Assembly: GCF_964355755.1 (NCBI RefSeq)
Contig: NC_092670.1
Span: 9,910,201-9,974,200 of the forward strand
DNA from: Antedon mediterranea
Lineage: Eukaryota; Animalia; Echinodermata
DNA: 64,000 nucleotides
Direction of reading: 5' to 3'
Shown one piece after another: positions 49,581-63,400 of this stretch; positions within the stretch are counted from its first letter, which is position 1, and the number at the start of each line of letters is the position of its first letter. The notes beneath the pieces were generated by a model. That model did no database searches. It was given only the letters and a program-made list of their open reading frames with translations, and was not told the origin of the DNA. A program made the translations under genes and the position numbers.

Positions 49581-50844
49581 GTTCAGTGCGTACGTAAATG
49601 AACGTGCGTACAGTAGTATTTCAATGACGCCGTAATGTCTACGTAGCAAACTACTCTGCTTTGAGCTTTGTTTCCACTGCCTGAGACGCAACGCAAGTGT
49701 GTCATCGCTTGTGATTGGCCAAACATTTATGCTGCGCTTACGTTCTTGCTTTGCTCTAGGATAGTTAAATAAAGCATTACTATTTAAACTTAGGTGTAAT
49801 TTGCCCTGACGTAATGATACGTCTTCAAATTTCGCATACGTAATGAACCGTTTTGCTCTTTAGAAAGCCGCCCACTACAAAATTACGAATATTAATTAAC
49901 TAAACTTAAAGTAGATGAAAAGTGACACTAGACAGCTAGAAGTTTACCGTATGTATTTGTGTAGTTAACAGTAATTTAGATTGTAAACAAAGAATTACTG
50001 GTTATATTTTACAAAGTTTAGAGAGTGATATGATGAGGCATGGATTCGAGCCTGCCTGTGCCATATTGATTGCATCCTTAAGATACTTTACTCTCGTTGC
50101 CTTGTCATTCAGATCGGACGTAAAGTAGTTGGTCCCGTGTAAATATTATGTGCACGGAAAGAGTAGTGGATCGTCATCCTCTGCACTGTGACTGCCGTGG
50201 GTTCACGTAGGGACCTCAAGTAAGCTTGAGGACGATTACATTTACATTTTAGTTGATGAGCAGTTTCATAAATAGGCATATTTAATATGCAAGAAAAAAA
50301 CAATAGACGTGCTTTCAATACGTGTATCTACTTCCTTCATAAACAATGTTTTTCAGCAAGAACGGTATTAGTAGCCTAATGAAATGCTCGTTATCACTTC
50401 GTATCTAATGTGTATACATTTCAGTATTTAGTTTTATACACAGACGTACTTTTGATGTATATTGAAAATGATACTGGGATTTATCCGAGACAACAATATC
50501 GTTGTATCTGCTTTTTTAGAAAAGCTTAATTTTCCATCAAATTATTTTTACGTTTCTTGTTCTGAAGGTACTATTTTCTCCTTTTCACACTCGGCGTCTA
50601 CTTAAAAAAATCTGCACATATTTAAAATAACATAAGGACTAAATTTGGCAAAATCAAAGTAAACTCAGTGAATCTACATGAATCGTTCTTTTTTTAAAAC
50701 AAACCACAGACAAGCAAAGCAATCAGATTTAGACGATACACGTTTATTTTGATTTTCCAAACTTAATATGCGTTACGTACTGTAAATCTGTCTTTAAAGT
50801 CAGTAGGTGCGTTTTTAATTTCATATTAATTTTGTTATTATAGA

Positions 50845-53800
50845 ATGGACGATAATGCTACCTTTCCAGCCGCTGGAATCAACGACTATGACATTTCGTA
50901 CGGGAACGATTATTACGACATAGTAAACATGTTAGACGTGGAACAGATCGCCATACCGTTTACGTGGACGTTGTTCATTGTGGTTGGTTTAGGCTGTAAC
51001 AGTCTTATCATTTACGTGGTGTGTAGGTTCGGTACAATGAGAACTGTTACTAACTGCTACATTGTCAATATCTCAGTTACGGATATTATGTTTCTGGTGT
51101 TGTGTGCTCCCTTCACTATCTTCACGTATACAAAACATGTGTGGATCTTTGGAAACGCGCTGTGTCGTATCGTTATGTATCTCATGCAGGTGTGTTAATT
51201 CATTGTGCATATAACTTTTTTCCTACTTGGACCAACATGGTAATTTGACCAATCACTAGGCGATGGATCTTCTGAATTTAATTACTTGTATCGGTAAACT
51301 CACTTGCGTTGTTGCGTCCAAGCTGAAGCGTGGTTCCCACTAGCGCCGCAACACAAGGACGTAACGCAACGAAAGTGAATTGACCAATCACAAGCGATGG
51401 CTTATTCGCTTGTGATTGCTAACTGTCTATAACTTCGCTTGTCATTGGTTAAAACGCTTGCGTTGCGTTTACGTCCTTGCATTACGTTCTAGTGAGAACC
51501 AAGCTTTAGTCTTGGTTCGTACTAGGACGTAACGCAAGGACGTGAATGCAACGCAAGCGAACCGACCAATGATAAGCGACAGTTTCGTATAATTATGATT
51601 GGTCAAATTGACATACTTTGCTCTTACGTCGTTTCGTCGCGTCCTAGTGGGTTATATGCGGCCGGGGAGCGATATTTCTTTTCCTACATAAGTTGGGGGC
51701 CACTCATGAAACGTCACAAAATAAACATGACTACTATTCATTAGTCATCATTAAGGTGTGACGTAAGAATTGATCTAACTACAATTCAATAACAACAATA
51801 CAAATATGAAAACGCTTTCTGTCGAGCCGTCAAATGGATTAGAATATGAACTTTACATGTCAGTGTATCGAGTTCGAATCCCACGAGCAACTTATTTTTA
51901 CTTTATAGTAAGAGAAATTATTTAGAGGGCTAGGTTCAGTTATTAGGAAGTAGTTTGGCTATCTTTCACATAAGGGGTTCCCCAAATTACGTACGAAAAG
52001 AAAAATCGCGGCCGGGACGCGGCCGGGACGTGTTTCCTCGACATGATTTAGTGGTTTATAGGAGGTCGTCTAGGCGAGGCTCACCGACGAAACGTCAGTC
52101 AATCGAATTAATAGAACCGTCTAACAAAACTCACAAAATTTAATGATGGGTCACACATGATTGTGTTCAATTTTGGAATGCCATGTTATATTTAATTTTA
52201 GTTTGTGCCTTCCATACCTGCTTTCTCTTGATGTAAAAAAGTGAAAATGATCACTCTTTTGTATTCCACTTTTAAAACAATTTACTCTTATAACGAGTGA
52301 AATATCCACTCGCTCTGTTTTCAATTATTTAGCTGGCCGGCTGATTCGTGTCGCACGAATATTTCAGGCATGGCAGCAGATGGTAATTAATTATACCCTT
52401 TATTTCATTATTATATTGCTCTATATTATCAAAATGTAGTTATTTTTTAAGGTGTCTGTCCACGCGACGTCACTGACGTTAATGGCAATGAACATCGACC
52501 GATATTTTGCCATCGTGTATCCACTGAAATCCATCCGATATCGGACGCCTACCCTGGCACTCACTATCAACATATCAATCTGGATCAGTAAGTACATATT
52601 TTATATGGAATTATATCGGACGAAGACATGGCTAATTTTGAATACCGTTTATTCTTAGCCATTTTGTCCTGGAACCTATACACTCGTCTTAATGGGAGGA
52701 CAAGTCTGAGGGTAAAGACTATAGGAACCGTATGTTCACTGTCCACAATTGCTAGTGTTAATTGCTTGTGTGCACTAGTACTATAATAAGTATTCGTGAC
52801 ACTTGTGAATGCGGCATAGTTTGTTAATAGTTCAACCGTGGCGTACGGTCTAGTTTTTTTAATACTTTGTAATAATTTAGGTTATTGATAGATATAGACA
52901 GTATTAGTTTCAAGATTAATTTGATAATGAAAAAAGTATTGAATTAGTGTATGAGAGGAATGACACTGACTACAAGCGATGATCGTAATAAGATGGTTAT
53001 ATCAAGATGTCATTAGGTAAAGTGTGACTGACTATCGACAGTCATCTATATACAAAAGTCCTAGGTAGGTGTAATAAGCATGGTGACGATGAAATTATAC
53101 ATTCACATAATATACAGCATCTAATTTATCACATGTGGAGCCTGTATCATGTAAGGTTAAGTTAAGGGTTAGGTTACTACACTAAATACACATGTGATCT
53201 ATTACCAAATATTCCTATGATACTTTGGAAATATAGATACAGTACCGAGAATCGGCTGGTATAGACCTACTAACTCGAAAGAAAGTTTTCGTTAAATAAC
53301 CTTTTATGCTGTCTTTGATAAAAATAATATTTATAAAATTCCAATAAATTTACGTCATGATAAATATAAAATCGTTGTATTATCACGATGTTATTGCTCT
53401 TACTGATCATGACGTCATTTGATTGGACGTGTGAAAATATCATTTTCATAAAAGGAAGCATAGATGGTTATTCTATATTTCTGGAATAAAAATTGCTATT
53501 TATTTAATACTTTTTACATGAATTTTCTTCCATTTAGTTTCATCGCTTTTATCGATTCCAATTTCCATATTTTCAATGGTTATGGATTTCAACGGAAGAC
53601 ATTACTGTGTTGAAGAGTTCAACGAACAAGGGTTGTTAGCGCACTACATTTACGTTGTGTTCAGTACCTACATAATCCCGCTCTCCGTCCTCGTTGTCTG
53701 CAACGTCAACATGTTGCGTCAACTGTGGAAGACGCGGGAACAGCTCCGAGACACAACATTAAGCCTGCACTCGATACAACAACGAAAGAAAGTTACCAAG

Positions 53801-54112
53801 ATGATACTGCTGGTTGTTGTCTTTTTCTTTATTTGTTGGTTACCGATACACGTGATAAATCTGTGGCAAAGACTTGGTAATAGTATCAACAATAACTTGG
53901 CCATTTCAAAGCTCAGGATTTTTGCTCTAACACTGGCGTACAGTAACTCGTGCGTAAACCCATTTGTGTACGCGTTCATGGGCGAGAATTTTCGCGCGTG
54001 TTTTAGAAGAGCATTCCCGATGTGTACAAAAGTGAACCGAGTGAGGAACAGTAGTATGTTATTAAACAACAATCGGACAAGAGAAACACAGGTACAAAAG
54101 GACATGGTTTAA
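50845..54112 (+). CDS. Kisspeptin-type (GPR54/KISS1R-like) rhodopsin-family neuropeptide GPCR, 351 aa, 3 coding exons
   Basis: Exons 50845-51189, 52452-52587 and 53538-54112. MRTVTNCYIVNISVTDIMFLVLCAPFT, QVSVHATSLTLMAMNIDRY, RTPTLAL, CWLP and LAYSNSCVNPFVYAFMGENFR resemble KISS1R and the galanin/allatostatin-A clade. The ATG directly follows an acceptor (ttatag|aATG), so an upstream UTR exon is likely, with a candidate donor at 46884. Confidence 0.85.
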
Positions 54113-55281
54113 GCTATAAGATCTTTTAATACCTTTCCATTTCACGGAATGAAATACATCGTTTTAGAAGCAGGTTGAATACAAAAACAGCGACGTTTCC
54201 GTTCCAAATAGAATAAGCGTTGAATGCAGAGATTTATTATGTCCTTCCGTAACCTGCGTACGGTACCATACTGAATAACGACAAGTCGATTTTAATACTT
54301 TTTAATATATATATATATATATATGTATGTATTTAAAAAAATGGCAACAACTAATAATAATATCTTAAACTATCATCAATTTCTTTCTGACGAAGGAATA
54401 GTGTTGCAGGCTCATAGGCCTAATTCATGCTGATTCTTCATTTTTTGCTTATTTTATTTTGCATTACCATTGCGATCCAATAGTGGCCGTATTATATTCA
54501 CACAATTGAGATATTTCCCTAGTGTTTAATAAAATTATTATCACAATATCACTTTATAAAATTGTGTGTAACGTTTACGGGTGACATGTCAACCACAAAA
54601 TCCCGTGATTACGTTTCTATAATATATTTTTCCTGACAACTATTAAAATGAACAAAGTGCACCTTTTATAACATTCTGATGACCTGTTTGCAGTAGGCTC
54701 TACTTTTGAATGAGCGCACTTGAGTGGTGTTAAAGACTACAATACCTTCAACATGTGCGTGCTCTAAGCGATCGCATTACACTGTTTGTGTCGGACAATT
54801 ACTCCGCGAAAAATGTGTACAGGCTGTACGCGCGCCCTCTCTGAGGAGGATACAGAAGGTATCAGGTCAAGTCAGGTAGGGCTGTCGGTCCCAGTCTGTC
54901 TGGGCCTACTTATAGAGGATAATTAATAATAAAAGCAAAATTACCTTATTCTTTTAGTTAGGTGGCCTTGCAATAACTCTAGGCTAGCATAGGCCTACTT
55001 TACTTAAGTAAGTTGTATAGGCCTATACACTATTCTAAGAGGGGAAGTAGGCCCTAGCTAGCTAAAGACCAAAATTATTTTATATTTTACTCATTTTTAA
55101 CTACCTAAGTCTTGCCTAGCTAAATAAGGCTAGGCTAACTAAGCCTAGGTGGTAGGCCTAGCTACCTACTACTAGGCTAGGCCTAGACAGAGGCCCCGAG
55201 CAAGTACTAGGCCTAGTCTAGTAGGCTGGTATCAATATTTAGTACGCAGTGGCTGCATCATTCTAACCCCTATGACTAGTC

Positions 55282-56888
55282 GGGTTTACGATGAAATCGG
55301 TCGCGTCTGAAATCGGTCGCGTTTGAAATCGGTCGCGTTTGAAATTGGTCGTGATAAAATCAACTTCCGTTATTTTGTATGGCGCGCCGCTAGAGCTATA
55401 TTTAATTGATATTTTTTAGGAACTAGATTATTTATGTGGATATTTTTTACTTGGTTAATAAATATTTATTATCAATCATTAAATTATTTTTTTTTTGTAT
55501 TTCACAGGCCTGGGAGAAGGACTGTGTCTTTTCAAAATGGCCATTTCTAAAACACGTTTAAATATTATATTAGGCATAATGTTATATTAGGCATATAATA
55601 ATTTACCTCTATTTATATGTACTGTAATTAATATATTATTATTATTATTGTCTTTTATTATGCAAACAATTACGTAAAAGAGAACAATTTATTTTAAAAC
55701 AATAATTTTTACAATATAGCCTGTAAAGCCAGCGTATCCATTTTTATACTTATGCATACTGTGGCAGATTATATCATATCCATGTCGTTAACAACATACT
55801 ATTGGATCACCTTATTTTTATTTCTATTTTATTTCTATCCGTTGTGTAGGATAATATTAAGTGTATAATGATTATAGGTCTTTTGTTATTTAAACTTTGA
55901 CCCTTGGCTTGTGTTATTTAATTAGTTGTTTTTTTTAAATTTTATTCATTGGACTTGATAATGACTCCATGATGGAGTCGAAACATCGTTCTTTTTTTAA
56001 GCGTTATTTTTTTATTATGTATTTATAATGATTATTGTTGAGGCAAATCACGTGTATATTTTTATTTCTAATGTTTCAAATAGTTTTTAGTATAAAAAAT
56101 GATCATTATATGCGGATGGTTAAAAGGCGAGTTACTGAAATAAACCCCCGAATAAGCCATATTGTGGAGATGCGCCTTCTATGATCGTGCAGCTGTTTCC
56201 CCTAACAATATGTTTTATTTTGCTGACGGGTTTCCCCATTTAAAAAAAACACGCACTTGTTAGTGTTAAATCATGGACAAAACACGTACGATCGTTGTCC
56301 ATGGCGAGGTAAAGATGACGTCTATTACTAATAACCATACGTTTGAAACGTCTATAGGCCTCCTGCATGTGTTTTTGTGAAACGATCCAATGAGCTATAG
56401 ATGTTCGACGCGATTATGAGATCATGTTCATTCATTCATTCATTCTTTATTTAGCCTTCAAAATCGAAATACATTTAAAACGTAGGTAACAAAATCAAGA
56501 CACATGGAAATCTAAGGAGGCAAGGATAAGCAAAAGCAATTAAAATCGCTGTAGCTCGCAGGCTTGCTTATCCATAATAATTCCGAATAATACACTGTTT
56601 CTATAATTTGACAGTATGATTTATATATAATTTACGTATATACGTCGGCGATAGGCCTACTATAGATTTTAATTTGAATATCTTTTATTTCTTCATTTAT
56701 AATAATCATCCGGCTCGATCCATACAAAATAGCGCGACCGATTTCAAATGCGACCGATATCATCAAAAGTATAGCTCTAGCGGCGCGCCATACAAAATAC
56801 CGGAAGTTGATTTTATCGCGACCGATTTCAAACGCGACCGATTTCAAGCGCGACCGATTTCAAGCACGACCGATTTCATCTGACACCC
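55282..56888. mobile_element. 1.6-kb non-autonomous DNA transposon with about 120-bp TIRs and a 6-bp TSD
   Basis: ctagtc|ggg..gatgaaatcggtcgcg...cgaccgatttcatctgacaccc|ctagtc. The TIRs contain tandem 16-bp gaaatcggtcgcgttt units. Confidence 0.85.
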
Positions 56889-57412
56889 CTAGTCGTAGAT
56901 CCAAGCTAGATTCTATATCTACGCCTATTAACCCGATCGATGCGAAAGGCACTCTTTTTCGGGCCTCCGTCCCTCGTAACCTAAATTAAAACAGCATTAC
57001 ATTGTGAGACTCGGGCACTACCCATTATTGACCATTCAGCCATCTAACCGGATTACAATGCATTGATATAACACATTAGTACAATAGCCATAGAGGGCGC
57101 TATATAGGATCTACAGTACGACTAGGTGTAGAGAGGCAGACAGTTCGTATTTAGTAAAGGCCTACTTTATACCAGGGAGTTGTAACTCCCTGTCTATACT
57201 AGAGTGGTATAGGATCACAAGTTTATTAATATTTGTTATATGTTTTTAATCAGATTATTTTTTTATTTTTCTCATTTTTTTACAGCATAGTCAATGCATG
57301 GAGTAAAGGTTAATGGTTACACCATGCTATACATGACATCAAAATACATCTTTATAATAATTAATTGAGGATCTTTTGTTAGTTGACGTATTATGACACG
57401 AAAGTTGTAAAG

Positions 57413-60400
57413 ATGTCAAGGGTATTGTTGATTGAGGCGTTCTATGCTGGCTCCCACTCTCAGTTGATCGACACTCTTGGGAAAGGCCTAGAAGGATGCG
57501 CTGTCAAATACACTTTGCCAGGGAAGAAGTGGCATTGGAGAGCACGGACATCAGCTCTATATTTTTCCGAAGTAATTTCACCTAGCCAAGAATACAGGTT
57601 AAGAGTTGTGCATTATATTTTGACAGCAAAGGTCATAATCTTTATTTTTTTATCAATACCCTTTCTGTTGTAATAACAGAGGTGCCAACTTCAAAAAGTA
57701 AAAATCGAGGAACAATTTTGAAGATACCCAAACAATAGAGGTTACCATAAAAGTTGGAAAATATTCATCGGAATATAATAGAGGGCGCTATTAAAAACAA
57801 TCATGAGCATTTGCATAATTAAAATAGTTATTAAAATAGTATTGTATTTACCCTATATGCTATATGTAAAAGTACACCAGATACTCACCTACCTGGGAAA
57901 TTCTTTCCCACTTGGGGCAAATCCAATGTATATCATATATATATACCGTATCAATAATATAGTACTTGCTTATAATAGCCGTCTATATTGTCACCATGGC
58001 AAAACTGCCCTGATTTCAGGTTTCTCCCAACCATCTGCGCATGCCCCAGACGTCCATATGTCATGCATACTAAATCAAGGCGCCCGTAGATGGTTGGTAT
58101 GTTCAGGTCATTCATTCATTGGCCAGCCCCCTGGGGTCGATACTACAATATTAAACAATGGATATGCCAGAGGTTACCGGACTCTGCAAACTGGGAAAAT
58201 TTGTTACTAAAATCCAGTTTTACCTATATTTAACAAACAAGCTACTAGTAGAGTAGTAGTAACCTAAATATTAAATCATTCATTTAGATGTTTTTTCCAT
58301 GTAATAATAATAATCTGGAGAAATTGTCCTTATTAGCAGGAAGTAAGAGATGACTCAAAATATCGGGGAACTGTAATAAACAATATTATACAGATTATTA
58401 CTTGACAAAGGTGTCCCACGCATTGATATTGTTGCACTGGACTATAGTCGTGCATTTGATTTCATTTCGCACTCTACAATGATTTCCAAACTGAAAAGAA
58501 CCTATGGAATTGGTGGTTCCATGTTGCCTTGGTTGGAATCATTTTTAACTGAACGTAAGCAACAAGTTTTTAACGGAAAGATGTCCGGCAAGAGTTGCGT
58601 AATATCAGGGGTTCCTCAGGGGTCTGTGCTTGGACCCCTCTTATTTAACATATATGTTAATGATCTACATATGCACCTACGTGCAAAACCATATCAATAT
58701 ACAGACGACACTTGCATTGCTAAATGTATAATGACGGAGGAAGATAGTTTATCTCTGCAACAGGACATTGACACGATCTCCTGGTGGTCAGCACTTAATT
58801 CACTTTCCATTAACCCTAATAAATGTCAAGTGCTGTCATTGTCCAGAAAACGAGATCCCGTTGTTCCATCTTACATTCTAAATGGACATGAACTCATGAA
58901 CGTTAATGACATTACGTTACTTGGTGTGGTAATATCCCATAATTTGTCATGGGCACATCAGGTAGATAATGTAACTTTGAAATGCAATAGGATGTTAGGT
59001 TTTATACGATCAATTGCCACAGGTTGTTCTACATCTGTTTTACTTAAACTTTATAAATGTCTTGTTCTTCCCCATATTCAATATTGCTCCCCTGTTTGGT
59101 ATCCTTATCGTCAATGTCATATTAATAAGATAGAGAAAATTCAAAGAAGGGCAAGTCGATTTATCCTTCATCAACGTATCTTAGATCAGCCATATTCTGA
59201 CCGATTAACTAGACTGAATTTGATGACAGCTGAATCAAATCGAGATTATTTTACCGTTATTTTTGTTACAAATATATTGTATAAATTACAGAATAGTTTT
59301 ATTTTAAATATGTTGACTATCAATTGTAGGCATTTGGATGTTCTAACTTTTAAACATCTTGCATCCAAAACTGATAGGAAAGCATTGTATCCCAACCAGA
59401 TTTATTCGTTTGTGGAATTCACTACCGGTCAATATTAAAGATGCCTTTGTTTGCGGAAGTTGGGTACAATTTAAAAATTGTTAATGGACCATTTTAAAAA
59501 CACTATGCCTCTTTAATGTATATAATTATGGTATTAATATTACATATTTACATTGTTTTATGTTTTAATGTATGCTTTGAGTGCTGGTGTGGCACGCCTT
59601 ATGGCGACAGTGGTCCTTTGACCTCTTTTGCCACTCCTTGGCACACTCAAAGTTTATGTATTGTTTTAATGTTGCTAAAATTAGATAAAATAAAATTATT
59701 AACTGTTCACTTTTCTTCCCTTAGAATTTTGTTTACCAGTTCAGTATTAAATTTAGCAGAGTTGGTAGCACTGCGACCTGATTTGTCTCGGCTGACCAAG
59801 ATTGTTTACTTCCATGAAAACCAGCTGGTTTACCCTGTCCGAAAACAAAAAGACAGAGATTTTCAATATGGATATAATCAAATAATAACATGGTACTGTA
59901 CATTTATTGTTAGTTTTTAAATTTATAGTAGGGAATTGAGAAGGATAGCAGGGGTGGATCCACGATTTTGAAATATAGGGGTGGGGAGAAGGAGGCTCAG
60001 ACACAAGCATTTGAGCGTTCGGTAAATACGACCCCTAGATAGTCAGAAAAGGTACTCGCACATAAAATTTATGATAAAATGGCACCTCTCACTAATCTAG
60101 TTGGCCCGGGAGTGTGTTTTTTTTCCAGGACGAACGTGGGCAGAAGTCATGATTTCTGCCCACGTTCGTCCTGGAAAAAAAAATTACGCGGCCCGGGAAG
60201 GACGTTTGTATCATGCGCAGAAAACAGCAAAACGATCATACTTTTTCTGGCTGGTAAAACACAGTGACGTAACATTTTTTGCATATGTTGCGCATGTTCT
60301 GTGTGTAGGTAACTGCTGATTGTTTGATCGTACTTTACACAGTGTTGTGTTTTAATGGTAATTTTAAAGTTGTCATCCTGAATACTTACAGACTATTCCC

Positions 60401-63400
60401 CTTGATTTTCAGAAAAATCAACAATATTGTTGACGTCCCAAATGCTTATTTTAATCTGCAGTTATCTTTATCTCTCTTTATTTTGAAAAGTATTTTGCTC
60501 AGTCCATAATTTATTCTTCTATCTATGCCCAGATGCGGTCAATATTTATATGCAAAGGAAAACTTTATACTGTATAAAATTTATTTAATGTTAATTTACA
60601 TTTTTCTTTTAGTTTAACTGCTGACATTGTTTTATTCAACTCAAAATACAACATGGAATCTTTCTTGTCATCAATTGGGACATTTTTAAAACTTATGCCT
60701 GACTTCCGTCCTAAAGGCCTCGCTGAAAAGATACGACCAAAATCAAAAGTGTTGTATTTTCCAATAGAATTTCCAATAATGAATGATCCAATAGCAGATG
60801 TTATGGAAGGACTGACGTTAGCGGAACAGGCCAGTTCATTACATGAAAGTCAGGAGGTGTTTGAAAAATCCAAAGACAGGGCTATTAAATCAGGTGTCAC
60901 CGGAGAACAGACAGTTAGCTGCAGTTCAGTTTTATCACAATTGTCATCCCCATTAAAAATAGTATGGGCTCATAGATGGTACAGTCCTAGTGCATGTTTT
61001 GACTGCATCACTTATTTAGACTGCTATAATCATTTGAGTGCTATGCTTATTTAGTCTGCTATACTTATTGACACTGCTATACTTATTTACAGTGCTGTAC
61101 TTATTTGACTGCTATACTTATTTGACTGCTATACTTATTTGACTGCTATACTTATTTACACTGCTGTACTTATTTACACTGCTATACTTATTTACACTGC
61201 TATACTTATTTACACTGCTGTACTTATTTACACTGCCATACTTATTTACACTGCTGTACTTATTTGACTGCTATACTTATTTGACTGCTATACTTATTTA
61301 CTCTGCTGTACTTATTTACACTGCTATACTTATTGACACTGCTGTACTTATTTACACTGCTATACTTATTGACATTGCTATACTTATTTACACTGCTGTA
61401 CTTATTTACACTGCTATACTTATTGACACTGCTGTACTTATTTACACTGCTGTACTTATTTACACTGCTGTACTTATTTACACTGCTATACTTATTGACA
61501 CTGCTGTACTTATTTACACTGCTGTACTTATTTACACTGTCTGAATTTTTACTATTTTGTGCCTAGTTTACCTGGATTTTTTAGTAGTGGTACTTATTCA
61601 CATTTTTTTCCTTTTGTAGGGAATACGACAAGAATCCTGACCTTTTTTTTAGAACACTTTATAAACTTCTAGATAGTGGAGAAGACTTCAGGATTTCTGT
61701 TCTTGGGGAACATTACTCAGAAATTCCAGGTAATTATAAAGTCAGTAGAGGGCAGTGTTAAAAAATATTGTCTGCGATTTAAAGGGGGATTCTGGGTTTA
61801 AAATTGCTTTTAAATATCGTTTATTTATTAAATAAAAAATATTATAACAATATAGACATGTCAGAATGAAGAAGTAATAACGGGAAATTAAAAAAATTTA
61901 ATTTCATATACATTTTAGGGTAAATTCATGGAAAGTCTGTTTTTCAGCAGCTTAGGGAAGTCCATTAATATTCATGAGATATTCACAAAATCACGTCATC
62001 AGTGGATTCCAAACTCGCGACGTCAAGCTTGTACGTTGTGTTCTCTCTCCCCTGTCAAACGACGACCACCCGATCATTGTGAAATACATTTTTTGTAGAT
62101 TTTCTAAGCTAGGCCTAAAGTGTAATAATAACAGTAGTAGCATATATTTATTTGACATTTAATGAAATACAAAATTTAGTACAGATTACGGAGTCATAAA
62201 TTATACTATTTTTATACCTCGAATAGTACAGATCGTATATCGGCTTCACGTACTAGGCTAGGCCTGGATAAGCAAGCCTGCGAGCTACAGCGATTTTAAT
62301 TGTTTTTGCTTTAATATCCTTGCCTCCTTAGATTTTCACCTGTCTTGTTTTTGTTACCTTGTTTTAAATGTATTTCGATTTTAAAGGCTAAATAAAGAAT
62401 GAATGATTGAATGAAGGCCTAGCCTAAATCATTTTATTCATGGGTGAGAGTCATTTCTGACTAGGGATTCCATGCCACGATGGCTACGTTAAAACATTGG
62501 GGCCATCATTCATGGGCCTAGCTAGCCTATTACTAAACGATTGGCCCATAAATAACAAAAGTCAGTGGATTCCAAACCCATCCTATCAACCAAACTCCTA
62601 AACAATCTAAACCTAAAACGTTCTACAAAAATCGGCTGTAAATATTGAGGCAAAACAAGGTCCGATCGCCGTCCGCACGTATGGTGTCCCGATCGTCTAA
62701 TAAGTAGGCCTGAAATAGGCCTAGTTTACTCTCCAAAAAAGCGGATACTGCATCAAGCAAGTAGACCGGTAGTAGGAAGGAGACCTAGCCTATCCGGCCC
62801 AGTTAAAAATTGAGCTAGCTAGTGTAGTAGACCCTATGCGAATTGATACTACCAGGCCTTTTACTATAGGCTACACTTGTTAAAATTAGCAATACTGTAC
62901 TTATGTTTACAAATATTCCAACTCTCTCATTCGAGCTATATTATCTATACCATTCCGGTAGGTCGAGTCGACCTTCAATCAAATACTGTACATCGTTCAT
63001 GTTGTAATTTAGACCGGGTATACTCGACCCGACCAGTTTGGTATTGTAAACTGTATCTGCTTATCACGTGACGATGCCAGGCATGGGCAGAGAGAGCACG
63101 TGTATCGTCGTCTCGCTCTCCTCGCTCAGCAGGAATGTATACGTTACGCTTCATTGATTTTGAAGGCTTTCCCTAAGTCAGTGCGAAAATCGGCAAACGT
63201 AAAGTGCAAACTTATCTAATTTTTCACTGTTTTGATGGATTTTCATAGAAAATTGACTTTATAAATGGGAAGACCGACTAAAATTACATCAGATAAGTAT
63301 AATTTTACAAAAGTAATTGATATGGTTAATGATAACGAGTCGTCGGAAGATTGACCATTTCACGAATTTCCTATTCTGTAACCACATTGTGATTTTGCCG

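Noticed and set aside
57297-57326. catggagtaa..ttacaccatg as another micro-palindrome footprint
   Set aside because: There is no flanking direct repeat.
58479-59438. Reverse transcriptase as a retron, DGR or domesticated gene
   Set aside because: The motifs are CR1/L2-type. The element is 5'-truncated and frameshifted before WNSLP, so it is an ordinary intronic LINE remnant.
61281-61566. Hydrophobic repeat ORFs
   Set aside because: They are translations of the 18-bp minisatellite.
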